From an uncultured Acidobacteriota bacterium (lineage in GTDB: Bacteria > Acidobacteriota > Thermoanaerobaculia > UBA5066 > Gp7-AA6), in contig CAVZDB010000001.1 of the NCBI GenBank assembly GCA_963773905.1, positions 151,429-215,428 of the forward strand: a stretch of DNA of 64,000 nt, in the 5' to 3' direction. Numbering within the stretch: the first letter of the stretch is position 1; each line of letters opens with the position of its first letter. Below the pieces are notes generated by a model, which saw nothing but the letters and a program-made list of their open reading frames with translations, did no database searches and was not told the DNA's origin. Of the stretch, positions 44,671 to 53,783 are shown piece by piece. Position numbers and translations under genes: made by a program.

Positions 44671-44719
44671 GGGCGCCTCGCGCGCGACCGCGACAGGGCT
44701 CGAGCGGACGGCGGATTCT

Positions 44720-44788
44720 CCCCTCACCTGCCCGATACCGCCGGCCTTCGGCCGACGTTGCCCGGGGGCTTGGGTTGGGGTGAGGGGG
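44720..44788. repeat. family C element with 9-bp terminal inverted repeats (CCCCTCACC...GGTGAGGGG)
   Basis: Contains CCCGATACCGCCGGCCTTCGGCC, a UUCG-loop hairpin. Related copies lie at 46851-47024, 57596-57690 and 61207-61322. Confidence 0.75.
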
Positions 44789-44804
44789 AACTCACCCGTG
44801 AGCC

Positions 44805-44898
44805 GTCATCCCGAGCGCAGCGAGGGATCCCGGACTCGACCGCCATTTCGGCTCTCGAGCACGGGATCCTTCGTCGCTTCGCTCCTCAGGATGACAGG
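44805..44898. repeat. family A palindromic element
   Basis: GTCATCCCGAGCGCAGCGAGGGATCCCGGACTCGAC ... CACGGGATCCTTCGTCGCTTCGCTCCTCAGGATGACAGG. Confidence 0.85.
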
Positions 44899-45035
44899 AG
44901 TTTTTTCCGCTCCTCAGGATGACAGGCTAGTTCCGCTCCTCAGGATGACAGGAGTTTTTTCCGCTCCTCAGGATGACAGGCTAGTTCCGCTCCTCAGGAT
45001 GGACAGCAGTCTGTCCGCTCCTCGGGATGAATGAC
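44879..45035. repeat. tandem array: six copies of the right arm of family A (CCGCTCCTCAGGATGACAGG)
   Basis: Units start at about 44879, 44907, 44933, 44961, 44987 and 45015, with alternating 8- and 6-nt spacers (AGTTTTTT / CTAGTT). The 54-bp super-unit is repeated exactly (44879-44932 = 44933-44986). Confidence 0.9.
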
Positions 45036-45042
45036 TTGAGCC

Positions 45043-45414
45043 CTACTCCCAGTCCGGCTTCACGTTGTAGAAGCTGTAGATCTGGCTGCGATAGCCCGCG
45101 TCGCTCACGTCGGGCCAGTTGTCCTTGTCGAAGCCCGGCGCGTTCTTGAGGCGGTCCTTTGGCACGTCCAGGACGAACGCCTTGTCCGCCGTGTCCAAGG
45201 TCATCGCCCGAAAGGGAACCGCGAACAGCTTGTTGCCGACGCCCAGGAAGCCGCCGAACGACAGGACCGCGTATGCGACCCGGCCGCTCGAGAGGTCGAT
45301 CATCAGGTCCTCGATCTTGCCAAGGTTCTCGCGCGCCGTGTTCTTGACGGGATCGCCGATGATCGTGGTCGCGCTCAGCGTGCTGCGAGTCAGAGTCTCC
45401 GTGTGGGTAACCAT
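45043..45414 (-). CDS. PRC-barrel domain protein
   Basis: AGGAGG SD; 123 aa; GKIEDLMIDLSSGRVAYAVLSFGGFLGVGNKLFAVPF is typical of PRC barrels. Confidence 0.85.
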   Translation of the reverse strand: MVTHTETLTRSTLSATTIIGDPVKNTARENLGKIEDLMIDLSSGRVAYAVLSFGGFLGVGNKLFAVPFRAMTLDTADKAFVLDVPKDRLKNAPGFDKDNWPDVSDAGYRSQIYSFYNVKPDWE

Positions 45415-45478
45415 GAAACCTCCTAGAACGGAATTTGCGGGTGCAACCAGAGCGCCCGCTCACCATTCGAGGAGCAAG

Positions 45479-46829
45479 ATGCGCGCCAGCGATAGGCTTT
45501 GCTTCATGAGTGTTCGATTCTTGACCGCATTCCTCCTCGCGGCCGCTTTCGCGGCAGCTCTGCCGGGACAGACACAAGCACAAACGCCGTCGCCGCCGAC
45601 TCCATCGAGCGCATCGGTCGCGGCTGCCTCTAAGACTCCGGCGACCTACACGCTCACCCCCGAGCAGCGCGAGAAGGCGACCGCCTACGCGCGCGCCGGC
45701 TACCGCCTCCACTTCTTCGCGTTCTTCTGGAGCGTGGTCGCTCTGATCCTGATCATCCGCTCGCGCCTCGGACCGCGTTTCCGCGACCGCGCCGAGTCGC
45801 TCGCGAAGCGCCGCTTCTGGCAGGCGTCCCTCTTCGTGCCGCTCCTCCTCATCACCGAGTCCCTGCTCGAGCTCCCGACCGCCGCCTACGGGCATCACCT
45901 CTCCCGCCTCTATCAGCAGTCCGTCCAGGGCTGGGGGTCGTGGCTCTGGGACGAGGCGAAGGGCTTGTTCGTCGGGATCGTCGTCGCGATCCCGCTCGTC
46001 TGGCTGCTCTACGCCTTCTTGCGCAGGAGCCCGCGGCGGTGGTGGCTGTGGTTCTGGCTCGCGCTCCTCCCAATCCTCGTGTTCCTGGTCTTCGTGACGC
46101 CGGTCTTCGTCGAGCCGCTCTTCTTCCGGTTCGAGCCGCTCGCGCCGAAGCATCCCGAGCTCGCGCGCGCGATCGAGCAGGTCACCGTGCGTGCGGGCGA
46201 GCCGATCCCGCAGGCGAAGATGTTCGCGATGAACGCGAGCTCCAAGTACAACTCGGTCAACGCGTACGTCTCGGGGCTCGGCGCGTCCAAGCGCGTCGTC
46301 GTCTGGGACACGACCATCGCGAAGGCGACGATCCCGCAGACGCTGTTCGTGTTCGGCCACGAGATGGGCCACTACGTGCTGGGGCACATCCCGCGGACGA
46401 TCGCGTTTCTGTGGGCGCTCTTCTTCGTCTGGCTCGCCGCCGGCGCCGTGGATCCTGGCGCGGATCTTCGCCGTTCCCGGGCGCTGGGGAATTCGCGGCC
46501 TGACCGACTGGGCGTCGCTGCCGGTGCTGTTCCTCCTCGTGACGATCGCGTCGGAGCTCTCGACCCCTCTCGTCAGCGGATTCACCCGATCCCAGGAGCA
46601 CCAGGCGGACATCTTCGGTCTCGAAGCGATCCACGGTCTCGTGCCCGACTCGCCCGCCGCGGCCGCCGGCGCGTTCCAGATCCTCGGCGAGGCCAACCTC
46701 GCGGATCCGGACCCGAGCCCGTTCATTCGCTTCTGGCTCTACGACCATCCCCCGCTCGCCGAGCGACTCCGCTTCGCCGCGACGTACGATCCGTGGGGCA
46801 AGGGCGAGAAGCCGAGGTACGTGAAGTGA
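45479..46829 (+). CDS. M48-family (Ste24/HtpX-like) zinc metallopeptidase, one frame break
   Basis: GAGGAG SD, multi-TM N-terminal half, and HEMGHY zinc motif. The frame changes +1 near 46440-46452 (...FFVWLAAGAV / ILARIFAVPGRWGIRGLTDW...SQEHQADIFGLE...YDHPPLAERL). Confidence 0.85.
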
Positions 46830-46850
46830 TCGAGAGCCGTCCGAGTGAGG

Positions 46851-47024
46851 CCCCACACCCTAGCCCGATACCACCGGGCTTCGGCCGGTGTCGCCTACGG
46901 CCGGGGGCCTGCCCCGGTGGACGGCTCCCGCCGGGAGAGGGAACACTTCACGCCAAATCTCCCGCAGGACGAGAAAGCCTTTTCCCTCTCCCCCGCCCGC
47001 GGGGGAGAGGGAGGGGTGAGGGGG
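46851..47024. repeat. composite repeat: family C ends with nested family B palindromes
   Basis: The left end CCCCACACCCTAGCCCGATACCACCGGGCTTCGGCCGGTG resembles 44720-44760, and the right end is GGGGTGAGGGGG. Internal CTCCCGCCGGGAG and CCCTCTCCCCCGCCCGCGGGGGAGAGGG palindromes are present. Confidence 0.75.
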
Positions 47025-47034
47025 TCGTCACCTG

Positions 47035-47418
47035 ATGCCCCGCCCCTTCCCCAAGCGCATCCTCGCCGCCGTCGACGAGTCGAGCGTGCTCCGCATCCGC
47101 GCGGGCGCCGACACGAAGCACCGCTTCCTCGGCATCTGGGGCGTCGTCGCGAACGGCCGCGTCTTCGTGCGCCCGTGGAACGACAAGTCCACCGGCTGGC
47201 GCCAGGCGTTCCTCGCCGATCCGCGGGGCGCGATTCGGCTCGCGAAGGACGGTCCGGACATCCCCGTCCGTGCCCGACCCGTCCGCGGCGAGCGCCTCAA
47301 CGACGCCGTCGACGCCGCCTACCAGGCGAAGTACGCGAGCAAGGCCAACGACCAGTGGGTTCGCGGCCTCGTCACGTCGCGGAGGCGGAAGACCACGATG
47401 GAGCTGACGCCGCGCTGA
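47035..47418 (+). CDS. DUF2255-like protein
   Basis: 127 aa; FLGIWGVVANGRVFVRPWNDKSTGWRQAF motif; GC3-rich. Confidence 0.75.
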   Translation: MPRPFPKRILAAVDESSVLRIRAGADTKHRFLGIWGVVANGRVFVRPWNDKSTGWRQAFLADPRGAIRLAKDGPDIPVRARPVRGERLNDAVDAAYQAKYASKANDQWVRGLVTSRRRKTTMELTPR

Positions 47419-47450
47419 GACCGCGGGCGGGGGCGAGCCCCGCCCCTACT
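47419..47450. repeat. family D hairpin (GGGCGGGG-GCGAG-CCCCGCCC), terminator-like
   Basis: Starts immediately after the stop codon; paralogue at 31063-31090; no U-tract. Confidence 0.65.
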
Positions 47451-47693
47451 CGTCCTTGAGCCCCGTCCCCAGCTCGAACAGCCATTCGCCCGTCGCGGCG
47501 GCGGGATATGTCGAGACGCCGAGGACAATATCGGTCCCGGCGGGCGCGGTCATGGTCTCGACGAGATGTCGGCCGGGCAGTCATGCCGGTTGCGCCTTCA
47601 TCCCAAGCTAGAATCGCCACCGCTTGGCCCTCTTTCAAGGCACTCGTCTCGGCGGCACCTGCGAGATCCGCTCACCGGTCGGCGCGCGGGCTC

Positions 47694-47727
47694 CTCATCC
47701 CCCTCTCCCGGGGGAGAGGAGTGATGG
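47694..47727. repeat. family B palindrome
   Basis: CTCATCCCCCTCTCCCGGGGGAGAGGAGTGATGG. Confidence 0.75.
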
Positions 47728-47754
47728 CCTCGTGATGCTCCAGGCGGCTGCTTC

Positions 47755-50412
47755 ATGACGCTCTCCGCCGGCACCCGTCTTGGCCCCTACGAGATCCTCG
47801 CGCCGATCGGCGCCGGGGGGATGGGCGAGGTCTATCGCGCGCGCGATGCGAAGCTCGACCGCGACGTCGCGGTCAAGGTGCTCCCCGCGCAGCTGACCGC
47901 GAACGCCGACGCTCTCGCGCGTTTCGAGCGCGAGGCCAAAGCGGTCGCGGCGCTCTCGCATCCGAACATTCTCGCGATCCATGATTTCGGCACGCACGAC
48001 GGCATTTCCTACGCCGTCACCGAGCTGCTCGAGGGCGAGACGCTGCGCGGCAAGCTCGACGGCTCGGCCGTCACGCAGAGGCAAGCGGTCGACTGGGCGC
48101 TCCAGATCGCGAAGGGTCTGTCCGCCGCGCACGGCAAGGGCGTCGTTCACCGCGATCTCAAGCCCGACAACATCTTCGTGACCAACGCGGGTCACGTCAA
48201 GATCCTGGACTTCGGCCTGGCCAAGCGCCTCGACGCGGCTCCCGGCGAGCAGACCAGCGCGCCCACCAGCGGCGGCGGCCATACGGAGCCCGGCACGGTG
48301 ATGGGCACCATGGGCTACATGTCGCCCGAGCAGGTTCGCGGCCTGCCGGTCGACCATCGGACGGATCTCTTCTCCTTCGGCGCGATCCTCTACGAGCTGC
48401 TCTCGGGGAGGAAGGCGTTCAAGCGCGACACCGCGAGCGACACGATCGCCGCGATCATGCGGGACGAGCCGCCGGAGCTGACGCAGTCCGGGCGCAACGT
48501 CTCCCCCGCGCTCGACCACATCGTGCGGCACTGCCTGGAGAAGGATCGGGAGAACCGCTTCCAGACCGCGAAGGACATCGCGTTCGCGCTGTCGGAGGCA
48601 TCGTCTTCGTCCACCGCCGCCTCGAGCGGGTCGTACGTGATCCCCCCGCCGCGCCGCAGTCGCGGGAAGACGATCGGGATCGCTGTCGCCGTCATCGCCG
48701 TCCTCGCCATCGGCGCCGCCCTGCTCTGGAACCGCTCGAGGCTCGGCGGCGGCGTCCCCGCGAAGGGCGGCGTCAAGCGCATCGCGGTCCTTCCGTTCGA
48801 GAACCTGGGCGCTCCGGAGGACGACTACTTCGCGGACGGCATCGCCGACGAGATCCGCGGCAAGCTGACCTCTCTTCCGGGGATCGAGGTCATCGCGCGC
48901 GGCAGCTCGACCCCCTACAAGAAGACGACCAAGACGCCGCAGGAGATCGCGAAGGAGCTCTCGGCCAGCTACCTGCTGACCGCCACGGTCCGCTGGCAGA
49001 AGGGAGGCGGCGCGAGCCGCGTCCAGGTCAATCCCGAGCTCGTCGAGATCAAGAGCGACGCCCCTCCGGCCTCGAAATGGCAGCAGTCGTTCAACGCCTC
49101 GCTGACCGACGTCTTCCAGGTGCAATCCGACATCGCGTCGAAGGTGGCGGGCGCACTGGGCCTCGCTCTGGCTGAGGGACAAAAGGAACAACTCTCCGAG
49201 AAGCCCACGCAGAATCTCGCCGCCTACGATGCCTTTCTCAAGGGAGAGAAGGCTTCGGGCGGCGCATCGCGCGGCGACCCGCCGAGCCTCCGACAAGCGC
49301 TTCTCTTCTACGAGCAGGCGGTGGCCCTGGATCCGGCCTTCGCCCTCGCGTGGGCGAGGGTTGCGACCATGGAGGCGCTGCTCTACGTCAACGCCGTTCC
49401 GACGCCGGCTGGGGCGGAGCGCACGCACCAGGCTGCCGAGAAGAGCATCGCACTCGCGCCGCGTTCTCCCGAGGGGTACCGCGCGCTCGGCGGGTACTAC
49501 CGGTTGGTTGTCGGTGACTTCGCGCGTGCGCAGCAGGAGTACGACAAGGCTCTCAAGATCGCGCCTGGGAGTCCGGACATCCTTCGTTCCCTGTCCTTCG
49601 TCGAAGCGAGTCTCGGACGGTGGGACGAGGCACTCGACCATGCGCGCCAGGGAGTCCGACTCGACCCGCGGGCCACGAGCTACGCGCTCGCCGACATGCT
49701 CCTGCGCCTCCGGCGGGCTCAGGAAGCGAGGCAGGAGATGGAGCGCCTTCTCGCGATGGTGCCTTCAAACCTCGTTTTCCAGGAAGAGCTCGCCATGACC
49801 TATCTCTCCGAGGGCAACCTGCAAGGCGCCCGCACCTCCCTCCGGGGGGCCGCCAAGAACTTCGACCCAAACGCGCTCGTCGCCTACGTGGCAACGTACA
49901 ACGACCTCGTCTGGGTTCTCGAGCCCCCTCAGATTGAGTTGCTCCGCAGGCTGAAGCCCGAGGACTTCGACGACGCCGGAAGCTGGGCGCTCTGCCAGAC
50001 CCAGGCCGCCTTCTTCGCGGGCGACCTCCCGGGCGCCCGCGAATACGCGGAGAAGGCGCGGACAGCCCTGGAGCAGCAGCTCGCCAACACGCCGAACGAT
50101 CCCCAGCTCCACGCCCTCCACGGCCTCTCGCTCGCGTACCTCGGGCGCAAGGACGACGCGACTCGAGAGGGCGAGCGCGCAGTCTCCCTTCGCGGAATCA
50201 CGCGCGACTCGGTCCAGGGCACCGCCGACGTTTGGTTGCTCGCGCGCATCTACACGATCGTCGGCGAGCACGAGAAGGCCATCGACGTGCTCGAGAAAAT
50301 CCTCGAGGTTCCCGCGTACCTCTCGCCCGGTTGGCTGAAGATCGACCCCAACTTCGATCCGCTACGCAAGAATCCGCGGTTTCAGAAGCTGGTGGGTGAC
50401 CTCCGTCCGTAA
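47755..50412 (+). CDS. Ser/Thr protein kinase with TM segment, TolB-N-like module and TPR domain
   Basis: [34 protein letters not shown] and [10 protein letters not shown] kinase motifs. TM segment [19 protein letters not shown], then [27 protein letters not shown] and TPR repeats. Confidence 0.92.
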   Translation: MTLSAGTRLGPYEILAPIGAGGMGEVYRARDAKLDRDVAVKVLPAQLTANADALARFEREAKAVAALSHPNILAIHDFGTHDGISYAVTELLEGETLRGKLDGSAVTQRQAVDWALQIAKGLSAAHGKGVVHRDLKPDNIFVTNAGHVKILDFGLAKRLDAAPGEQTSAPTSGGGHTEPGTVMGTMGYMSPEQVRGLPVDHRTDLFSFGAILYELLSGRKAFKRDTASDTIAAIMRDEPPELTQSGRNVSPALDHIVRHCLEKDRENRFQTAKDIAFALSEASSSSTAASSGSYVIPPPRRSRGKTIGIAVAVIAVLAIGAALLWNRSRLGGGVPAKGGVKRIAVLPFENLGAPEDDYFADGIADEIRGKLTSLPGIEVIARGSSTPYKKTTKTPQEIAKELSASYLLTATVRWQKGGGASRVQVNPELVEIKSDAPPASKWQQSFNASLTDVFQVQSDIASKVAGALGLALAEGQKEQLSEKPTQNLAAYDAFLKGEKASGGASRGDPPSLRQALLFYEQAVALDPAFALAWARVATMEALLYVNAVPTPAGAERTHQAAEKSIALAPRSPEGYRALGGYYRLVVGDFARAQQEYDKALKIAPGSPDILRSLSFVEASLGRWDEALDHARQGVRLDPRATSYALADMLLRLRRAQEARQEMERLLAMVPSNLVFQEELAMTYLSEGNLQGARTSLRGAAKNFDPNALVAYVATYNDLVWVLEPPQIELLRRLKPEDFDDAGSWALCQTQAAFFAGDLPGAREYAEKARTALEQQLANTPNDPQLHALHGLSLAYLGRKDDATREGERAVSLRGITRDSVQGTADVWLLARIYTIVGEHEKAIDVLEKILEVPAYLSPGWLKIDPNFDPLRKNPRFQKLVGDLRP

Positions 50413-50533
50413 GGTCGGGGCCCTGCCCGCGCGGCCGCGAGGGCCGTCCCCACGTTTACTGCATTCCTTCAGTTCGAAGAGCCAGCCGCCCCAATCGAAT
50501 TTACTTAGAATTCGGTGTCTTGACGGTCCACTG

Positions 50534-53365
50534 ATGCCTTCTCCCGCGCGTGAGTTCTACGAGTTCGGGTCGATGCGGCTCGAGACGGCCGAACGGCGCC
50601 TGCTCCGCGATGGAGTTGCCGTCCCGCTTTCTCCCAAGGTCTTCGACACGCTCGTCGTTCTCCTCGAGAATGCCGGCCATCTCGTCACCAAGGACGAGCT
50701 CATGGCGGCGTTGTGGCCAGGAACCGTCGTCGAAGAAGCAAACCTGACCAAGAACATCTGGCTGCTTCGCAAGGCGCTCGGAGACTCGGCCGGGACCTCG
50801 ACCGTCATCGAAACGGTGCCGAGGGTGGGCTATCGCTGGGTGGCTCCCATGCGTCGGAGCCAGGAGACGCCGCCGGCCGAGCCTCGTTCTTCCGCGGCGC
50901 CGCCCGTCCCGGCCCCTGCGGGCGAGGGTCCTCCTACGGCCTCCACGGTGGTGGATCACGAGACGGCACGCACCCGCACCCGACGCTCTCGGTTGGCCGT
51001 CGTTCTGGCCGGCGCGGCAGCCGCGGCCCTCGCGTCGGTGTGGATCGCTCTGGCGGGGCGAGCGTCCCAGCCTGGGTCGCTGCGAGGCACGCGAGCATTC
51101 GCCGTCCCGATTCGCCGTTCTCTGGCGGTGGTCGGCTTTCACGACCTCTCTCCTCGAACGGATTCCGCTTGGCTCTCGACGGCCATCGGCGAAATGATCG
51201 CCTCCGAGCTGGCCGCGGGCGAGCGGCTGAGGATCGTCGCCGCCGAAGATGTGGCTCGCGAAAAGATCACGGCGCCGGCCGGCGCACTCGCGACGCCGAC
51301 GCTCGAGAGGCTGCGGAAAAATCTGAGCGCAGACCTCGTTGTGAGCGGCGCCTACGCGACGGTTCCCGGCACGGGAGGCGAGCGCCTTCGGCTCGACGTC
51401 GTTGTCCAGGACACGCGGACCGGAGAACGCGTCGGAACCGCCACCGCGACGGGCATGGAAGGGGACCTCTTCCAGCTCGTCTCGTCGCTGGGGGCCAGCC
51501 TCCGGGGGAAGCTCGGGCTGGCGGTCGCGACGTCCGCGGAGCAGGCCACGATCGCGGCAAGCCTGCCCAGGGATCCCGAGGCGGCGCGGCTCTACGCCCA
51601 GGGACTCGAGCGCCAGCGCCTCGCGGACGCGCCCGGAGCGCGGCCGTTGCTCGAGCAGTCCATCGCGCGCGAGCCTCGCTTCGCCCTGGCCCATCACGTC
51701 CTTTCCGCCGCTCTGAGCGCCCTGGGATACCAGGCGCGAGCCCGCGAGGAGGCAAAGAAGGCCGTGGACCTCGACGCGGGGATGTCGCGTGAGGAGCGCC
51801 TCAACCTCGAGGGTCGGCTTCACGAGGTCAACCGAGAGATGGACGCGGCGGTGGAGACCTTCCGGACGTTGCACGCGTTCTTTCCGGACAATCTCGAGTA
51901 CGGTCTGCGTCTCGCGCAGGATCTTTCCGGCTCGGGGCATCCGGAGGAGGCGCGCCGGGTCATCGCCGACGTTCGCCGGCTTCCCGCGCCTCTCGGCACG
52001 GATCCGCGCATCGACTACATGGAAGCGAGAGCGAGCGAGTACACGGCCGACTGGAACGGCGTCATCGCGGCGGCCGATCGCGCGGTGCAAGGCGCCCAGG
52101 AACGGGGCTCTCCTGAACTCGCCGCGGAGGCCTGGCTGGCGCGGGCGTATGCGCTGGATTCCCTTGGCCGGCTGGATGAGAAGAAAGCCGCGGTGGAATC
52201 GGCGGCTTCGTTGTTCTCGACGGCTGGCGACTCGAATGGCGAAGCGCGCGCCATGAATAGTCTCGCCAACATCTTCGGCTCGCTGGGAGACTTCCAGGCG
52301 GCCGAGCCGCTCTACCGGCGGGCCCTCTCGACGTTTCGAGCCGTCGGCAACCAGGACGGCGCCGCCGGGGCGTTGAGCAATCTGAACACGATCGAGTGGC
52401 TGCGCGGGCAATACGCCGAGAGCCGCAAGAGCGCCGAATCCCTCCTGTCGCTTCAGAAAGACCTCGAAGACCCGCACGGACTCGTCTGGGCCGAAGCCAA
52501 CCTCGGGGGAATCCTTGCCGACCACGGCGGCATCGGGGAGGCCCTGCGTCTCCAGCGAGACGCACTTGCGGTCTCCGAGCGGGCCGGCTATCGAGACTAC
52601 GTCCTCTACGCGCACTACGCGCTCGCCAACACCCTCGAGATCGCCGGAAAGCTGGACGAGGCGCGCGCGGAACTGGACGCGGCCCTCGATCTCTCACGCG
52701 AGATGTCGGACCCGGGGAACATCGCGGCCCGGCTCGACGAAAGGGCCCGCCTCTCTCTCGAGCAGGGAGACCCGGAGTCCGCCGACCGGGATGCCCGCGA
52801 GGCGCTCGCGATCCAGGAGAAGGGCGGGTTCCGCCATGAAGCCGCTCAGACGGACCTGATCCTGGCGCGGTTGCGCAACGACCAGCATCGCTTCGAGGAG
52901 GCCAGGGATCTGGCCGGGATCGACCTCGCCGCGGCGCAGGCTCAGCACCTGGCGCCGGAAGAAGCGGAGGCCCGCGCGGTCCTCGCCGAGTCCTGGCTGG
53001 GTCTCGGACAGAAAGATCGGGCCGTGCGGGAGGCCCGAAAGGCGGTTACCCAGCTCCAGCAGTTCGACCAGAACGCCGTCCGGCTTCCCGTTCTGCTGGC
53101 AGCGGCCCGCGTGGAGACTGCCGCGCGCAACCCGGACCGAGCGCGCGCCCTCGCCGCCCAGGCCCTCGACCACGCCGAGAAGGCGAGCTGGCGCGTCTAC
53201 GTCTTCGAGGCGAGGCTCGTCGAAGCCGAGATCGACCTGGCGAACGGGTCCCGTCCCGCGACACTGGCGGCGCTCACGACCCTCGCCGACGAGGCTCGCG
53301 CCGCCGGATGCGGGCGCACGGCCCGTGAGGCCGAACGCGCCGCTCGGGGAGCCTCGGCGACCTAG
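50534..53365 (+). CDS. CadC/OmpR-type winged-helix transcriptional regulator with TM segment, TolB-N-like module and TPR domain
   Basis: N-terminal LSPKVFDTLVVLLENAGHLVTKDELMAALWPG...IETVPRVGYRW. TM segment LAVVLAGAAAAALASVWIALAG, then RSLAVVGFHDLSPRTDSAWLSTAIGEMI and a long TPR region. Confidence 0.88.
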   Translation: MPSPAREFYEFGSMRLETAERRLLRDGVAVPLSPKVFDTLVVLLENAGHLVTKDELMAALWPGTVVEEANLTKNIWLLRKALGDSAGTSTVIETVPRVGYRWVAPMRRSQETPPAEPRSSAAPPVPAPAGEGPPTASTVVDHETARTRTRRSRLAVVLAGAAAAALASVWIALAGRASQPGSLRGTRAFAVPIRRSLAVVGFHDLSPRTDSAWLSTAIGEMIASELAAGERLRIVAAEDVAREKITAPAGALATPTLERLRKNLSADLVVSGAYATVPGTGGERLRLDVVVQDTRTGERVGTATATGMEGDLFQLVSSLGASLRGKLGLAVATSAEQATIAASLPRDPEAARLYAQGLERQRLADAPGARPLLEQSIAREPRFALAHHVLSAALSALGYQARAREEAKKAVDLDAGMSREERLNLEGRLHEVNREMDAAVETFRTLHAFFPDNLEYGLRLAQDLSGSGHPEEARRVIADVRRLPAPLGTDPRIDYMEARASEYTADWNGVIAAADRAVQGAQERGSPELAAEAWLARAYALDSLGRLDEKKAAVESAASLFSTAGDSNGEARAMNSLANIFGSLGDFQAAEPLYRRALSTFRAVGNQDGAAGALSNLNTIEWLRGQYAESRKSAESLLSLQKDLEDPHGLVWAEANLGGILADHGGIGEALRLQRDALAVSERAGYRDYVLYAHYALANTLEIAGKLDEARAELDAALDLSREMSDPGNIAARLDERARLSLEQGDPESADRDAREALAIQEKGGFRHEAAQTDLILARLRNDQHRFEEARDLAGIDLAAAQAQHLAPEEAEARAVLAESWLGLGQKDRAVREARKAVTQLQQFDQNAVRLPVLLAAARVETAARNPDRARALAAQALDHAEKASWRVYVFEARLVEAEIDLANGSRPATLAALTTLADEARAAGCGRTAREAERAARGASAT

Positions 53366-53482
53366 CCGGGCTTGCCGGAAGGCGCGACGTCGCGGCGAAC
53401 GCCACTTCGCCGCAACGAAAAAGCCAGAGAAACGGAAGAGGCCGGACAGGACGCGCCGGCCGCCCAGGCCGAGACTGCGGCC

Positions 53483-53767
53483 ATGGAATCAGACGCCGGT
53501 TCGAACGCCCTCGATGCCTGCGGCCGGTGCGGTTGCCCCCTCGTGGGCAACGAGTTTTTCTGCAGCGCCTGTGGCCGCCGGCTTCCATCGAGCCCGTTCG
53601 GCCGGCACTCAGGGGCTCGTGTGGCGATCGGGGCCGCGCTCTTAGCGGCGCTCGCCGCCGCCGGCACGTGCGAGCTTCGTTCCTGCCGCGAACCTCCGCT
53701 CCGACACCTTCCTCGCGTATCGCCGAATCGCGTTTCTCTCGAAAACGCTCGGTTTCCCCGGAATTGA
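53483..53767 (+). CDS. possible zinc-ribbon protein with one TM helix
   Basis: CGRCGCPL...FCSACGRRL cysteine pairs, then VAIGAALLAALAAAG. Ends 16 nt before the next gene. Codon bias weakens toward the 3' end. Confidence 0.4.
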   Translation: MESDAGSNALDACGRCGCPLVGNEFFCSACGRRLPSSPFGRHSGARVAIGAALLAALAAAGTCELRSCREPPLRHLPRVSPNRVSLENARFPRN

Positions 53768-53783
53768 ACAAAGGAGAAGAGCA

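Noticed and set aside
44780-45034. 84-aa ORF (…HPERSEGSRTRPPF…LLRMTGVFSAPQDDRLVP repeated).
   Set aside because: It is simply the translation of the family A element and its tandem arm array, so it is not a gene.
44879-45035. Possible CRISPR array, because of regularly spaced 20-nt repeats.
   Set aside because: The spacers are only 6-8 nt and themselves repeat (AGTTTTTT / CTAGTT). The repeat is the arm of a dispersed palindromic element, and no cas genes are nearby.
47446-47553. 35-aa GC3-rich minus-strand ORF (MTAPAGTDIVLGVSTYPAAATGEWLFELGTGLKDE) in the 47.4-47.75 kb intergenic region.
   Set aside because: The codon bias is suggestive. However, there is no SD, no recognisable motif and no way to test conservation here. 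It could be a gene remnant, and the evidence is too weak to call it a feature.
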